Shown in pieces: positions 10,568 to 20,857 of a DNA stretch of 64,000 nucleotides. Origin of the DNA: Gemmatimonadota bacterium (lineage in GTDB: Bacteria > Gemmatimonadota > Gemmatimonadetes > Gemmatimonadales > Gemmatimonadaceae); NCBI GenBank assembly GCA_040389905.1, contig JAZJZK010000006.1:52882-116881 (forward strand). Direction: 5' to 3'. The notes beneath the pieces were generated by a model. The model saw only the letters and a program-made list of their open reading frames with translations, did no database searches and was not told the origin of the DNA. The position numbers and the translations under genes were made by a program. Position 1 is the stretch's first letter; each line of letters begins with the position of its first letter.

Positions 10568-12328
10568 ATGTCGTCTTTTGTCGTGCAACTGCACGGCGGC
10601 GGGACTCATGACGTGAGTCACGTCGACGACGTTGCCTTCCGCGTATCGACCGGCCGTCTTTCATCGCGACGGCCGGGGCAGGTGAGGAGCGGAGGCATCG
10701 GGTTTCGCTGGGCGGCGATCGCGACGGACGGCGAGCTATCCGATGGCGTGGATCGGTTTATCGTGCGGGACACCAGTCCCTTCATGGTCGAGCCACCCAC
10801 CGGTCAACAGCCCGTCGTGAGCGTCACCGTGGAAGATCACGGTGCGCGGGCCGTGCTGACACGCGACCGCTTCGGCGCCAAGCCGCTCTTCTATGTGGCG
10901 CATCGTGGCGGATGGCTGATCGCCTCGGAGGCGAAGTGCCTGACGCCGTTCCTCAACGGCGTCTCCGTCGATCGCGACGCGTTGGCGGAACTCGTTCGCT
11001 ATCACTGGATGCCCGGTTCCGGATATCTCGACGAACAGATCACGCAGGTACTGCCCGGCGCGACTGTTTGGCTCGTGCCCGGACAGCCCGCGAGGAGCAC
11101 GCCGCTCGAAACGATCACCTTCGACGTGGCACGCAGGGACGCGCACAACGAATCCTTCGAGTGGTTCTGCGACCGCACGGACGAGGCGTTTCGCTCCACT
11201 ATTCGACGGGCGTGTAAAGGAGCGGGCGAAGCCGCCGTCCTGCTCAGCGGCGGCATCGATTCGTCACTCTTGGCCGCACTCGCGAAGGCGGAGGGCATTC
11301 CGCTCCGCGCCTATGTGCTTCGCTACGAGGGGTACGTCAATCCCGAGTACGACCGCGCGATAGCGGTGTCGAAGATGCTGGATCTTCCCGTCGAGGAAGT
11401 CACGGTGCCTCGTAATGCGCTGTCCACGATGGTCCCGTACATGGTGTGGCGCGAGGAACGCACTCCGCGCCACGCGAACACGGTGGCGCTTCGGATACTC
11501 CTCGACGCCTGCGCGCAACGCTCGTCGGTGGTGATTCACGGCGACGGTGCCGAGGCGATCTTTGGGTTGAAGGACGTGCACCGCGTGGGTCAGTTCGAGC
11601 GTCGGCGACGGATCGCGATGGCGCTGACTGGCGGGCGCAAGCGACCACGCCTCGCCAAGGTATTCGCTGCGATGCCGAGTGAGCGGGCCAGGAGAATCGC
11701 GAAGGTGCTGACCAACGACGCCGCAGAATTCTATCGCCAATCCCGGTTGATCGAGTATTCGCCAAGAGCCCTGGCGTTGCTCGAGCCGCTCTACTCGGGT
11801 GCGGAGCTCGGCGAAGACATCAGGGAGCTGCTCCCCTCGACGGACGCATTGAACAGCGACGCAATTCACGCCTATCAGTGTGCGACCTTCCTTCAGGGAT
11901 CGTTGTTGCGCATCGACCGACACGCGTCACCCCTTGGCCTTTCCGTGTGCCTTCCGTTTTGCAGTTCGGAGGGACTCGCCGTGGCCTCCGTGCTTCCGTT
12001 TCGGCACAAGCTGCGGAATGGTAAAGGGAAGCCCATTCTCCGCGCGCTCTGCGGTCGCTACCTGCCGGCGGAGGTACTGGCGTGGCCGAAGATCGGGTTC
12101 GGGGCACCGCATGAGCGGTGGATCATGGATTCGATGTCGCCGCGATGGGTTCCGGAGCTATTCCGAGGCGCCGAACCCAGTCGCCTGGCGAGATTGCTTC
12201 CCGACGCCAACCTGCGGACGCTGATTGCACTCGACGATCATGAGGCCCATTGGTTCGCAATCACGCTCGAGCTGGCGCTGCGTCAATTGGAGGACACGCG
12301 CTCGATGGGGCCCGGCGTCGCGTCGTAG
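10568..12328 (+). CDS. Asparagine synthase-related protein lacking N-terminal Cys
   Basis: RDRFGAKPLFY, ASEAK, PP-loop LSGGIDSS, GDGAEAIFG, KPILR, PKIGF. No MCG N-terminus. Confidence 0.75.
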   Translation: MSSFVVQLHGGGTHDVSHVDDVAFRVSTGRLSSRRPGQVRSGGIGFRWAAIATDGELSDGVDRFIVRDTSPFMVEPPTGQQPVVSVTVEDHGARAVLTRDRFGAKPLFYVAHRGGWLIASEAKCLTPFLNGVSVDRDALAELVRYHWMPGSGYLDEQITQVLPGATVWLVPGQPARSTPLETITFDVARRDAHNESFEWFCDRTDEAFRSTIRRACKGAGEAAVLLSGGIDSSLLAALAKAEGIPLRAYVLRYEGYVNPEYDRAIAVSKMLDLPVEEVTVPRNALSTMVPYMVWREERTPRHANTVALRILLDACAQRSSVVIHGDGAEAIFGLKDVHRVGQFERRRRIAMALTGGRKRPRLAKVFAAMPSERARRIAKVLTNDAAEFYRQSRLIEYSPRALALLEPLYSGAELGEDIRELLPSTDALNSDAIHAYQCATFLQGSLLRIDRHASPLGLSVCLPFCSSEGLAVASVLPFRHKLRNGKGKPILRALCGRYLPAEVLAWPKIGFGAPHERWIMDSMSPRWVPELFRGAEPSRLARLLPDANLRTLIALDDHEAHWFAITLELALRQLEDTRSMGPGVAS

Positions 12329-12418
12329 CGTTGATGGTCGCATGCGTGCTCGGGGCCTGAACTCTTGCGGACATACTCGCAACCGCCGAAGATAGGCGGT
12401 CCTTCACACCGGGTCATC

Positions 12419-12961
12419 ATGCACATCGCTCGCGTTTGCTCCCTGTTTGCAGCAACGATTCTCGTCGCGGGCGGATGCCGCAACCACGATGACGCCAAGC
12501 CCGTGCCCGACGAGACGCCGGTGGTGGCGCAGGCGTCGTCCGGCGCTGCTGTGGCGCACCCCGGCGATGTGCGCATCGTCAGCGAAGATGGCGGTGTCGA
12601 CCTGTGGCTCGTGAGTGACACGATCAGTAGCGGGCTCTCGCAATCCACGTTGGCCAGCGCGAAGCAAGGAACCGACACCGCATCGGTCAAGGGCTCAGGG
12701 TTGGGCGCGTCGATCGAGCGAATGGTCAAGAGCTCCGTCCAGAGCGCGATCGCGACGCGCGTCGGATTTCCGATCACCGATATTCGTGGGGCGACGTACC
12801 GCGACGGGAAAATCGAGTTCGACTGGATCGGAAAACCACGCATCACCTTCAACAGCGTCAACGTGAACAAGAAGAAGCTGCTCGAATCGTTCCGGCCGGA
12901 GGATGCGCAGCGGTTCGTCGATGCGGTGAATGCGCGTGCGCGCGCCGTTGGAGCGCGTTAA
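12419..12961 (+). CDS. Hypothetical lipoprotein
   Basis: Signal MHIARVCSLFAATILVAGGC with lipobox-like Cys. Fills the gap in a co-directional run. Confidence 0.65.
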   Translation: MHIARVCSLFAATILVAGGCRNHDDAKPVPDETPVVAQASSGAAVAHPGDVRIVSEDGGVDLWLVSDTISSGLSQSTLASAKQGTDTASVKGSGLGASIERMVKSSVQSAIATRVGFPITDIRGATYRDGKIEFDWIGKPRITFNSVNVNKKKLLESFRPEDAQRFVDAVNARARAVGAR

Positions 12962-12966
12962 CGAGT

Positions 12967-13731
12967 ATGGCAACCGCCGCGCTCCGCCCACGGTCGGTTA
13001 CCGAGATCGTGGACGTCGCATTCCAGATCCTTCGCGCACACTACGGTCAATTCGTGATGTGCTCCGCGATCGCATACCTCCCATGGCTCCTCGTCGAGCT
13101 GGTCTTCGTCGGCGACCCCCAGCGAATGGCGGGGACGAGTCTCTGGGCCGGAATGGCGGCGCTGGCCGGCATCTGGGTCACCTACGCGCTCATGAGCGCC
13201 GTGATCATCACCTGTGCCTCGCAGGCGTATCTCGGCGACGCGGTGGATGTCGGAGCGGCTGTCCGTCTGGCGCTCCCCAAGCTGCACCGCGTAATGATCG
13301 CCGCCATCGCGCGCTATGTCCTGATCATGGTTGGGTTCCTCGCGATGATGGTCGGTTCACTCTACGTCGTCGCCGCGCTGTTCGCGCTCACGCCGGTGAT
13401 CATCCTCGAGGACGCCAGCGTTCCCGGCGCCTTCAGGCGGACGCTCGCCCTCTCGAAGGGCCGCAAGCGCCACGTGCTCAACACGCTCGGGCTGATCGCC
13501 ATCATCTATTACACGCTCGCCATCGGCGTCACGCTCCTGTCCGCGATGTTCGGTGACTTCGTCGTGAACGCGCTCGCCGGCGCGTTCTATACGATCCTCG
13601 CCTATCCGGTCATTGCGATTACGGAAGCGCTGCTCTACTACGACGCGCGCATTCAGAGTGAGGGGCTCGATATCGAGCTCATGGCCGACGAGTTGGGCGC
13701 CGGAGTACCAGCCGCCCCGATCGCGCCCTGA
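12967..13731 (+). CDS. Integral membrane protein of the MoxR-DUF58 cluster
   Basis: N-terminal LRPRSVTEIVD, several TM helices, C-terminal LYYDARIQSEGLDI pattern. Confidence 0.75.
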   Translation: MATAALRPRSVTEIVDVAFQILRAHYGQFVMCSAIAYLPWLLVELVFVGDPQRMAGTSLWAGMAALAGIWVTYALMSAVIITCASQAYLGDAVDVGAAVRLALPKLHRVMIAAIARYVLIMVGFLAMMVGSLYVVAALFALTPVIILEDASVPGAFRRTLALSKGRKRHVLNTLGLIAIIYYTLAIGVTLLSAMFGDFVVNALAGAFYTILAYPVIAITEALLYYDARIQSEGLDIELMADELGAGVPAAPIAP

Positions 13732-13736
13732 CGGTC

Positions 13737-14360
13737 TTGCTCTTCCTCATGCAGGTCGCGGAACGGAGCTGGTCGGCGTCAGCGGTGCACGATTCCGTGC
13801 AGGCAGTCCTGCGCGATCCAGCCTTTCACCGTACGCTGCGGCGTTCGCTCGCCGACCGCCTCATGCTCTGGCTGGCTGAATGGTGGACGCGCGTCTCGCG
13901 GCTCCTGGCGCACATGCCATCGATGAGATCGTTCGGCCTGGCACTGGTGGCACTCATCGTCATCTTCGTTGTCGTTCGACTGGTGATCGCTGCACGGCAA
14001 CGCGATGCTGGGGTTGTTCGGCACGTGACGCGTCGAGGATCGAGCGCGACCGAGGACGCATGGCTTCAGGCCGATCGCCTCGCGGAAGCGGGCCACTACG
14101 AGGAGGCCGCGCACGCACTGTATCGCGGGGTGCTCGTCGCACTGGGGCGCTCGGAGCGACTTCGCCTCGAACCATCGAAGACGAGTGGCGACTACGCGCG
14201 AGAGCTACGGAGACGTGGATCGGCCGCACACGGGCCCTTCAGGACGTTTACGCGACGGTTCGATATCGCGGTGTACGGGCATGGCGGCTGCGACGCGGAC
14301 GCGTTTGTCGCGCTGCGCGAGCTCAGTACGCCATTTTACGCGAACGCGCGCGCGGCGTGA
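13737..14360 (+). CDS. DUF4129 domain membrane protein
   Basis: TM helix, then AEAGHYEEAAHALY..SKTSGDY..FDIAVYG. Position in the MoxR cluster fits. Confidence 0.75.
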   Translation: MLFLMQVAERSWSASAVHDSVQAVLRDPAFHRTLRRSLADRLMLWLAEWWTRVSRLLAHMPSMRSFGLALVALIVIFVVVRLVIAARQRDAGVVRHVTRRGSSATEDAWLQADRLAEAGHYEEAAHALYRGVLVALGRSERLRLEPSKTSGDYARELRRRGSAAHGPFRTFTRRFDIAVYGHGGCDADAFVALRELSTPFYANARAA

Positions 14361-15607
14361 CCGATCCATCAACCGCCGACCGCCGTGAGTGGTGGACGCG
14401 CCCGGCGACGGTGCTTCCCGTCGTCGCATCGATCGCCTTGCTCGTGGCCTTTCTCACACCCCAGGCGGCGCAAGGCCGCTTCGGTGACTCGCGCCTCTCG
14501 ACGCACCTTGCCGGAGCACAGGGTGCGCGCTTACTGGCTGACCTGTCGAAGCGTCTCGGCTGGACGGTGATCCAACGCGACAGTCAGCCCTCGCCTGAGG
14601 CGGCGGACGCGAGAACCATTCATGCGGTTCTCGCCCCTCCACTGCCCGCCACCGCGGAGGAAGCGCACCAGTTTCTCACGGCGGTCCGCGGCGGAGATGC
14701 GCTGCTGCTCGTCGTGGACGGGCGATCGCCGCTTTCCGACTCCCTTGGCGTTACCAACTTCAGGCGCGGAGGTCTCCTCCCGCGCCGCGCCGGCGCGGGA
14801 GCGGAGTGTGCGAAATATACGGAGTCGGTTCCCCCTGTCTGGCCTGATGGACGCGTCCACCTGTATGGCCTGCGCTGGCTCAGGGGCGTTCCTCGGGGGA
14901 ATGTTGTGTTTGCGACGTTGAGCCCTGACGAAACCGGCAGCACCGCACCCGGCGACGCAGCGGTCGGCTTCGCGTACGGCAATGGCCGCGTCGTCGTGGT
15001 GGCGGACCCTGACCTCATGCGAAACGATGTGCTTCGGCACTGTGGATGGGGAACCGACGTCATCACCGTACGGATCCTCGAATGGCTGCGCGCCGGCGGG
15101 GACGCCCCGCGCACAACGCTGGCATTCGACGAATACCATCAGGGCTACGGCGCGAAACCATCCGTCTTCGATGTGACCGGATCCTTCCTTGTCGACCACC
15201 CGGCTGGCCGAGCGATTCTCCAACTCGCGCTTGCCGCGCTGGTGCTGCTCTTCGCCGTGGCGCCGCGCGCGCTGCCCCCCGTGCACGTCGAGGCGATCGA
15301 GCGTCGCGATCCACTCGAGCAGGTCGATGCACTCGCGCACGCATACGAACAGGTGCACGCCACGAAAACCCTGGCCGCTCGGCTGTTGCGCGGGGTGCGC
15401 TGGCGAGTCGAGCGCGGTGGTTCGGTTGCGCGTGCACGCGCCGACGACGCATTTCTCAACGATGCGCTGGCCCGCGCACCGTCGCTCGGTGATGATGTCG
15501 CACGCGTCCGTCACGCACTCGCGGCGACTATTCCGGACCGCGACCTGCCCGCGCTCGGCGAAGCGCTTCGTCGTATTGAACACACACTCACGACCACGAT
15601 CTCATGA
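14357..15607 (+). CDS. DUF4350 domain protein
   Basis: GTG start overlaps the upstream TGA. N-terminal TM, GNGRVVVVADP..N, FDEYH, second TM. Confidence 0.7.
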   Translation: MTDPSTADRREWWTRPATVLPVVASIALLVAFLTPQAAQGRFGDSRLSTHLAGAQGARLLADLSKRLGWTVIQRDSQPSPEAADARTIHAVLAPPLPATAEEAHQFLTAVRGGDALLLVVDGRSPLSDSLGVTNFRRGGLLPRRAGAGAECAKYTESVPPVWPDGRVHLYGLRWLRGVPRGNVVFATLSPDETGSTAPGDAAVGFAYGNGRVVVVADPDLMRNDVLRHCGWGTDVITVRILEWLRAGGDAPRTTLAFDEYHQGYGAKPSVFDVTGSFLVDHPAGRAILQLALAALVLLFAVAPRALPPVHVEAIERRDPLEQVDALAHAYEQVHATKTLAARLLRGVRWRVERGGSVARARADDAFLNDALARAPSLGDDVARVRHALAATIPDRDLPALGEALRRIEHTLTTTIS

Positions 15608-16572
15608 GCATACCGATTTCTCCGGCGCAGGGCGCCACCCTGCTTGCACGCGTGCGCGAAGCGGTGGCGACGCGCGTGGTGGGCCAGGAGGCAACCGTTG
15701 CCGATGTGCTGGTGGCGTTTCTCGCGCGGGGACATGTCCTCGTTGAGGGCGTGCCCGGAACGGCGAAGACGTTACTCGTGCGATCACTCTCTGCCGCACT
15801 TGGCGTGCGCTTCGCCAGAATTCAGTTCACGCCCGATCTCATGCCGTCCGACGTCACGGGTGTGAACGTCTTGCGTGACCCCGCGCGCGGGTTCGAATTC
15901 CAGGCTGGCCCGGTGTTCACTGACCTCCTTCTCGGGGACGAGATCAACCGCGCACCCGCGAAGACCCAGGCGGCGTTGCTCGAGGCGATGGCCGAGCGAC
16001 AGGTGACCGTCGACGGCATTTCGCGCCCACTCGGTGATCTCTTTACGGTGTTTGCCACGCAGAATCCCGTCGAGCACGAAGGGACATATCCGCTACCCGA
16101 AGCGCAGCTCGACCGCTTCCTCATCAAGGCGGTGATGCCATATCCCTCACGCGAGGCCGAGTTGGAACTGCTGGCCCGGTACGAGAATGGCTTCGATGCC
16201 GAGCGTCTCGTGGTCGCGGACATGCCCACGGCTCTGGAGCCCGCGGAGGTGAGCGCACTGCGAGGGCTGGTCGACCGTGTCCGCGTGGCCGAAGAAGTCC
16301 GCGGCTACATCGCGGACATTACGCGCTCCACCCGTGAGGAGCGGATGCTTGCGTTGGGCGCGTCACCACGTGCCACCGTTGCGCTCTTCCGGGCCGCGCG
16401 CGCCGTTGCCGTGCTCGAAGGGCGGGATTTCGTGACGCCGGATGACGTCAAGGGAATCGCGCCGGCGGTGCTCCGTCACCGTATTGCGTTGTCACCGGAG
16501 CTCGAAGTGGAGGGCCGCACGCCAGACGATGTCCTCGCGTCACTCCTGGATCGCGTGCGCGTTCCCGAGTGA
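15604..16572 (+). CDS. MoxR family AAA+ ATPase
   Basis: EGVPGTAKT, RIQFTPDLMPSD, DEINRAPAKTQAALL, ATQNPVE, YPLPEAQLDRF, GASPR. Confidence 0.95.
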   Translation: MSIPISPAQGATLLARVREAVATRVVGQEATVADVLVAFLARGHVLVEGVPGTAKTLLVRSLSAALGVRFARIQFTPDLMPSDVTGVNVLRDPARGFEFQAGPVFTDLLLGDEINRAPAKTQAALLEAMAERQVTVDGISRPLGDLFTVFATQNPVEHEGTYPLPEAQLDRFLIKAVMPYPSREAELELLARYENGFDAERLVVADMPTALEPAEVSALRGLVDRVRVAEEVRGYIADITRSTREERMLALGASPRATVALFRAARAVAVLEGRDFVTPDDVKGIAPAVLRHRIALSPELEVEGRTPDDVLASLLDRVRVPE

Positions 16573-16585
16573 TGCGGTGACGCGA

Positions 16586-17935
16586 ATGCAGGTAGTGGTG
16601 CGGCGGATGCGCGCACTGACGACCTTTGCACCGACGCGGCGCTTCGCCGTCGCGCTCGCATGCGTCGCACCGCTCTGGTTGGTGAGCGCGAACCCAGTCG
16701 GTGCGTGGATCGCCGCGGGCGCGGTGCTCGCACTCGCAGCGCTGTGCGTCTCTGATGTCGCCGCGCTGCCTCGCCGGCGTGATCTCGATGTGCGTCGCGA
16801 CTTTCCGGAAACCGTCGGCGTCGGCGACCAGGCCGAGGGTCGATACGTGGTGGAGTCGCGGTGGAACGCCTCGCTGCATGCACGCCTCTATCACACACTT
16901 CCACCGCGGCACCTGTCCGACTCCGCGCCGCTCTCAGCGATGGCAATACCACCGCGCGGACGCGTCGAGACGCGCTTCCACGCCTCAGGAGCGGCCCGAG
17001 GAGACGCGGCACTCGGCGACGTGGCATTGCGAGTCGGGACACGGCTCGGACTCGTCGCGCGAACGATTCGGTACGAGATGCATGACCGCGTCCTCGTGGC
17101 GCCGTCGCTGGCGGGTGTGAAGCGATTCCGCTGGTTGGCGATCCATCATCGCCTTGCGACCGTCGGCATCCGCACGACACGCCGTCGCGGCGAAGGCCGG
17201 AGTTTTTCGCGGCTTCGAGACTATGTCGTTGGCGACGACCCGCGGTACATCGACTGGAAAGCCACGGCGCGTCGCGGCCACCCCATCACGCGCGAGTTCA
17301 CCGTCGAGCAGTCCCAGACCGTGTTTGTTCTCGTCGATGCGGGCCGGTCGATGACGCAGCTGTCGGGACGGCATCCGCGATTCGAGTATGCGTTGTCGGC
17401 GACGTTGCTCCTGGCAGACGTCGCCATCACCGCGGGAGACCGCGTCGGCGCGCTCGTTTTCGACGATCAGTTACGCGCACTCGTTCCGGCGCAGCGCGGC
17501 GCGACGGCGTTACAGGCGATCCGGACGGCGCTCGTTCCCGTCCAACCGACGCTCGTCGAGCCGGACTACGCGTCGGCGTTTCGCGCGCTCGCGCAACGAC
17601 AGCGGAAGCGCTCATTGATCGTCCTCGTCACGGACGTGATCGACGCACGCGCCGCGCGATCACTGCTCGCGCATCTTACGAAAGGCGCCTCTCGGCATCT
17701 CGCGGTAGTCGTGGCCCTCCGCAACGAGGCGCTCCTGGCCACGGCGGCCGCGGGCGGAACGCGGGTCTCGGACCTCTACACGAGTGCGGCGGCCGAGGAG
17801 CTCATCTCCGAACGACTCACCGCGCTTCAGCGCATGCGGGATGCGGGCGTCGTCGTTCTGGACGTGGCGCCCGACGCAATGGCGGCCGCCGTCGTCAATC
17901 AATATCTCGAGCTCAAGTCGCGCGGCGCGTTGTAG
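16586..17935 (+). CDS. DUF58 domain (vWA-like) protein
   Basis: LRDYVVGDDPRYIDWKATAR signature and MIDAS-like DAGRSM. Follows moxR. Start uncertain. Confidence 0.88.
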   Translation: MQVVVRRMRALTTFAPTRRFAVALACVAPLWLVSANPVGAWIAAGAVLALAALCVSDVAALPRRRDLDVRRDFPETVGVGDQAEGRYVVESRWNASLHARLYHTLPPRHLSDSAPLSAMAIPPRGRVETRFHASGAARGDAALGDVALRVGTRLGLVARTIRYEMHDRVLVAPSLAGVKRFRWLAIHHRLATVGIRTTRRRGEGRSFSRLRDYVVGDDPRYIDWKATARRGHPITREFTVEQSQTVFVLVDAGRSMTQLSGRHPRFEYALSATLLLADVAITAGDRVGALVFDDQLRALVPAQRGATALQAIRTALVPVQPTLVEPDYASAFRALAQRQRKRSLIVLVTDVIDARAARSLLAHLTKGASRHLAVVVALRNEALLATAAAGGTRVSDLYTSAAAEELISERLTALQRMRDAGVVVLDVAPDAMAAAVVNQYLELKSRGAL

Positions 17936-19775
17936 CGGCTGGAGCCAGCGCGAGCGCGCTGTCGCCGCTGGGTATCGAGGGGTCGCGCGCCACGGTGCGC
18001 CGAGACGCCGGCCGGCCGCCACGCAGGTACATGATAAGGAAGAGCAGGGTGAGGCCGCTCACGGCCAGCTTCCCCTCGATGGGCCACCACTCGATCGGCG
18101 AAACAAAGCCCTCCAGCAACCCGGCGATGACGAGGAGGAACGTGGAACCGGCAATGAGCCGGATGGCACGCCGCCCATTCTCCACGAGCGCGCGACGGCG
18201 GCTCCGGTCGCCGGGGAGAAGAATGCCCGCGGCAAGGAGGAACCCGCCACCGCCGGCAACGCAGATGGCGAACAATTCCAACACGCCATGTGGCGCGACG
18301 AACGCGATGAGAAGGCGCGCGATGCCCTTGCTCGCGTACAGCCCAAAAACGCTGCCGATCGAGATGCCGTTCAACACCAGCATGAGCGCGCTCAGCGCGC
18401 CCGCCGCGACACCGCCGGCAAAAACGGCGAAGGTCACCTGGACGTTGTTGGTGACGATCCTGCTCGACATCACGGGCCGCAGGATTTGCGGATCGTCGAT
18501 ATATCCCTCGCCGTCCTTCGCACGGCGCACTCCGTCCGACGCGCGCTCGAGCATGGCCGGCGGAAGCAGCTTTGCCGCAATTACCGGCGAGCGCGCGACG
18601 CCGACTCCAGCGATGATCGCCGGCCCGAACAGCAGCAGGGCAGCGAGCGAAATTGGCGCCACGCTTCGGCGGATCTCGGTCGGCACGTCCGTGAAGAGGT
18701 ATCGCGTGCCGCCGCGCAGCCCCAGTCCGCGGTCGCGATACAGCAGATTGTGTGCGCCGGCGACGAGCCGCCCGAGGAAAAACAACTCGTCGAGTGTGCG
18801 ACCTGCGGACGCCGTACGCAATCGAGCAAGGTCTGCCGACAGTGTTCGATAGTCCGAGACGAATTCGCGAACGCCCTCTTCACCGAGCACCTTGAGGCCG
18901 CCCTTCTGCGCCTTGGCGAGCGTCGCCGAAAAGGCCGTCCATCGAGGAAGTCCAGCGGCGATGAGCGCCTGGCGTTCGCGGCCAGCCCCAGTATCGCCCC
19001 GCGACGCGACACCGCGAGTTCTGGCTGACTTCTCTCGCTCATGCAACTCGAGCAGGCGTTGGCCAAGAGGCCGGCCGTCATCGGGAAGGGCGCCGCCGAA
19101 GCGTTGCGCGAGCTGCGACGCGAGCGCCGCACGACGAAGCGGATCGATGGAGTTCCATCGCGAGACGAAGCGCGACAACAGGATGTACTGCTCCTCGTCG
19201 AGCGACGTCTGGAGCGCCGCGGCGGCGCTGCTGTGCTCGCGACGCTGCCTCGACGGATCTGCCGTGCGCTTCACGTCCTCCCGCACGACGATCGTGCCGG
19301 CGACCAGATCACCGAGCCGACGCCCGCGCTTCGTGAACAGCATGCTCGTGAGGCCGACGAAGTAGAAGAACACGGGCTGCATGTCGATCATGCGCACGAG
19401 ATTTCGTACCGCCGACGTACCGAACGTCACCGAATACCCACCATCGCGCACGACGCGCAAACGGTGCAGCCGTTTCCCGGGCGTCTGACCATCCATCAGT
19501 CCCTCGAACAGGACGTAATAGCCCCACACGATGAGGAACTGGGCGATGCCGAGCACCGCGATCCCCCAGCTGGCGCTTGCGTCGAACGAAAGGCCGAGCC
19601 GGCTGCGCGTCAATGCAACCAGCGCGATGACGATCGTAAGGAACGCCCCGATGCAGATGGCGAGGTCCGTGAGCGCCGCGAGCACGCGTGATCCCACCCC
19701 CGCAAGCGAGTAGGTGAGCACCACCAGTTCTGGTGTTTCAACGTCAACGGTCTGCTCGAAGGGGCGTGTGCTCAT
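17913..19775 (-). CDS. Fused RDD-family and SpoIIM (DUF95) membrane protein
   Basis: N-terminal RDD (ETPE, RVLAALTD, GQTPGKR, RRLGDLVAGT). C-terminal SpoIIM-like (TNNVQV, PHGVLEL, AGLLEGFVS). Confidence 0.85.
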   Translation of the reverse strand: MSTRPFEQTVDVETPELVVLTYSLAGVGSRVLAALTDLAICIGAFLTIVIALVALTRSRLGLSFDASASWGIAVLGIAQFLIVWGYYVLFEGLMDGQTPGKRLHRLRVVRDGGYSVTFGTSAVRNLVRMIDMQPVFFYFVGLTSMLFTKRGRRLGDLVAGTIVVREDVKRTADPSRQRREHSSAAAALQTSLDEEQYILLSRFVSRWNSIDPLRRAALASQLAQRFGGALPDDGRPLGQRLLELHEREKSARTRGVASRGDTGAGRERQALIAAGLPRWTAFSATLAKAQKGGLKVLGEEGVREFVSDYRTLSADLARLRTASAGRTLDELFFLGRLVAGAHNLLYRDRGLGLRGGTRYLFTDVPTEIRRSVAPISLAALLLFGPAIIAGVGVARSPVIAAKLLPPAMLERASDGVRRAKDGEGYIDDPQILRPVMSSRIVTNNVQVTFAVFAGGVAAGALSALMLVLNGISIGSVFGLYASKGIARLLIAFVAPHGVLELFAICVAGGGGFLLAAGILLPGDRSRRRALVENGRRAIRLIAGSTFLLVIAGLLEGFVSPIEWWPIEGKLAVSGLTLLFLIMYLRGGRPASRRTVARDPSIPSGDSALALAPAATTRRAT

Positions 19776-19823
19776 GCGGCCAACAATAGCATGCAGCGTT
19801 GGCTCATCGCTATCTTTGCCCGC

Positions 19824-20261
19824 ATGCGAGTGCTGCTGCAGCGCGTTTCACGCGCGGAGGTGCGCGTTGGAGACCGGACGACTGGGCGCATTGCGAGCGG
19901 ATTCCTCCTGCTCGTGGGTTTTACGCATGCCGACAACGAGGCCATTGTGCAGTGGATGGCCGACAAGGTCGTCGGGCTCCGGCTCTTCTCCGACGCCGAC
20001 GACAAGATGAACCTCTCGATCGCGGATGTTGGTGGCGCACTGCTCGTCGTTTCACAATTCACCCTCTACGGTGACGTCGCCAAGGGCAGACGGCCCAGCT
20101 TCATCGACGCCGCCCGTCCCGATGCCGCCATTCCGCTGTACGAGCGCTTCATCGGCCTGCTGAGAGAACGCAACATCGTCGTCGAGACGGGGGAGTTCGG
20201 CGCAATGATGGACGTCGAACTCGTGAATGACGGACCCGTCACCCTGTGGCTCGAACGTTGA
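19824..20261 (+). CDS. dtd: D-aminoacyl-tRNA deacylase
   Basis: MRVLLQRV, SQFTL, GRRPSF, NDGPVT. Confidence 0.96.
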   Translation: MRVLLQRVSRAEVRVGDRTTGRIASGFLLLVGFTHADNEAIVQWMADKVVGLRLFSDADDKMNLSIADVGGALLVVSQFTLYGDVAKGRRPSFIDAARPDAAIPLYERFIGLLRERNIVVETGEFGAMMDVELVNDGPVTLWLER

Positions 20262-20857
20262 GCTCGCCACGTGTCATCCTCGCGTCGCAGTCACCACGCC
20301 GGCGTGAACTGCTGACGCTCGTGGGCATCGAGCACGAGGTCCGGCCCGCGGACATCGATGAAGCGTATCTTCCGGGCGAAGCACCGCGCGCACACGCGGA
20401 ACGCCTCGCTCGCCAAAAGGCGGCCGCTCTAGCCCACGGTGAGCCCGATGCCCTCGTCATCGGCAGCGACACCATCGTGGTCGTGGATGGCGATGTCCTC
20501 GGCAAACCGCGGGACGAGGCGCATGCCGTCGAGATGCTGACTCGCCTTTCCGGACGATCACACATCGTGATGACGGCGGTGGCCGTGCAGCGGCGCGGGG
20601 TCGAGTTGTCTGACGTCGTCGAGGTCGGTGTGACCTTTCATCCGCTCACGCGCGAGGAAATCGACGCATACATCGCCACACGCGAGCCGATGGACAAGGC
20701 GGGCGCGTATGGAATCCAGGGCTTTGGAGCGACGATCGTCGAGCGCGTCGACGGAGACTACTTCGCCGTCATGGGACTGCCACTCCAGCGGCTCGTGCGC
20801 CTGATGGAGCAGCTCGGCGTGCACTATCGCTTTGGCACGTTGACCGACGAGCCGTAG
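20258..20857 (+). CDS. maf: Maf family nucleotide pyrophosphatase
   Basis: ILASQSPRRRELL, SDT, GKP, DKAGAYGIQG, VMGLP. TTG start overlaps the dtd stop. Confidence 0.93.
   Translation: MSSPRVILASQSPRRRELLTLVGIEHEVRPADIDEAYLPGEAPRAHAERLARQKAAALAHGEPDALVIGSDTIVVVDGDVLGKPRDEAHAVEMLTRLSGRSHIVMTAVAVQRRGVELSDVVEVGVTFHPLTREEIDAYIATREPMDKAGAYGIQGFGATIVERVDGDYFAVMGLPLQRLVRLMEQLGVHYRFGTLTDEP

Noticed and set aside
10568..12961. Lasso peptide cluster
   Set aside because: No precursor, RRE or B2 protease was recognisable near the AsnB-like gene.
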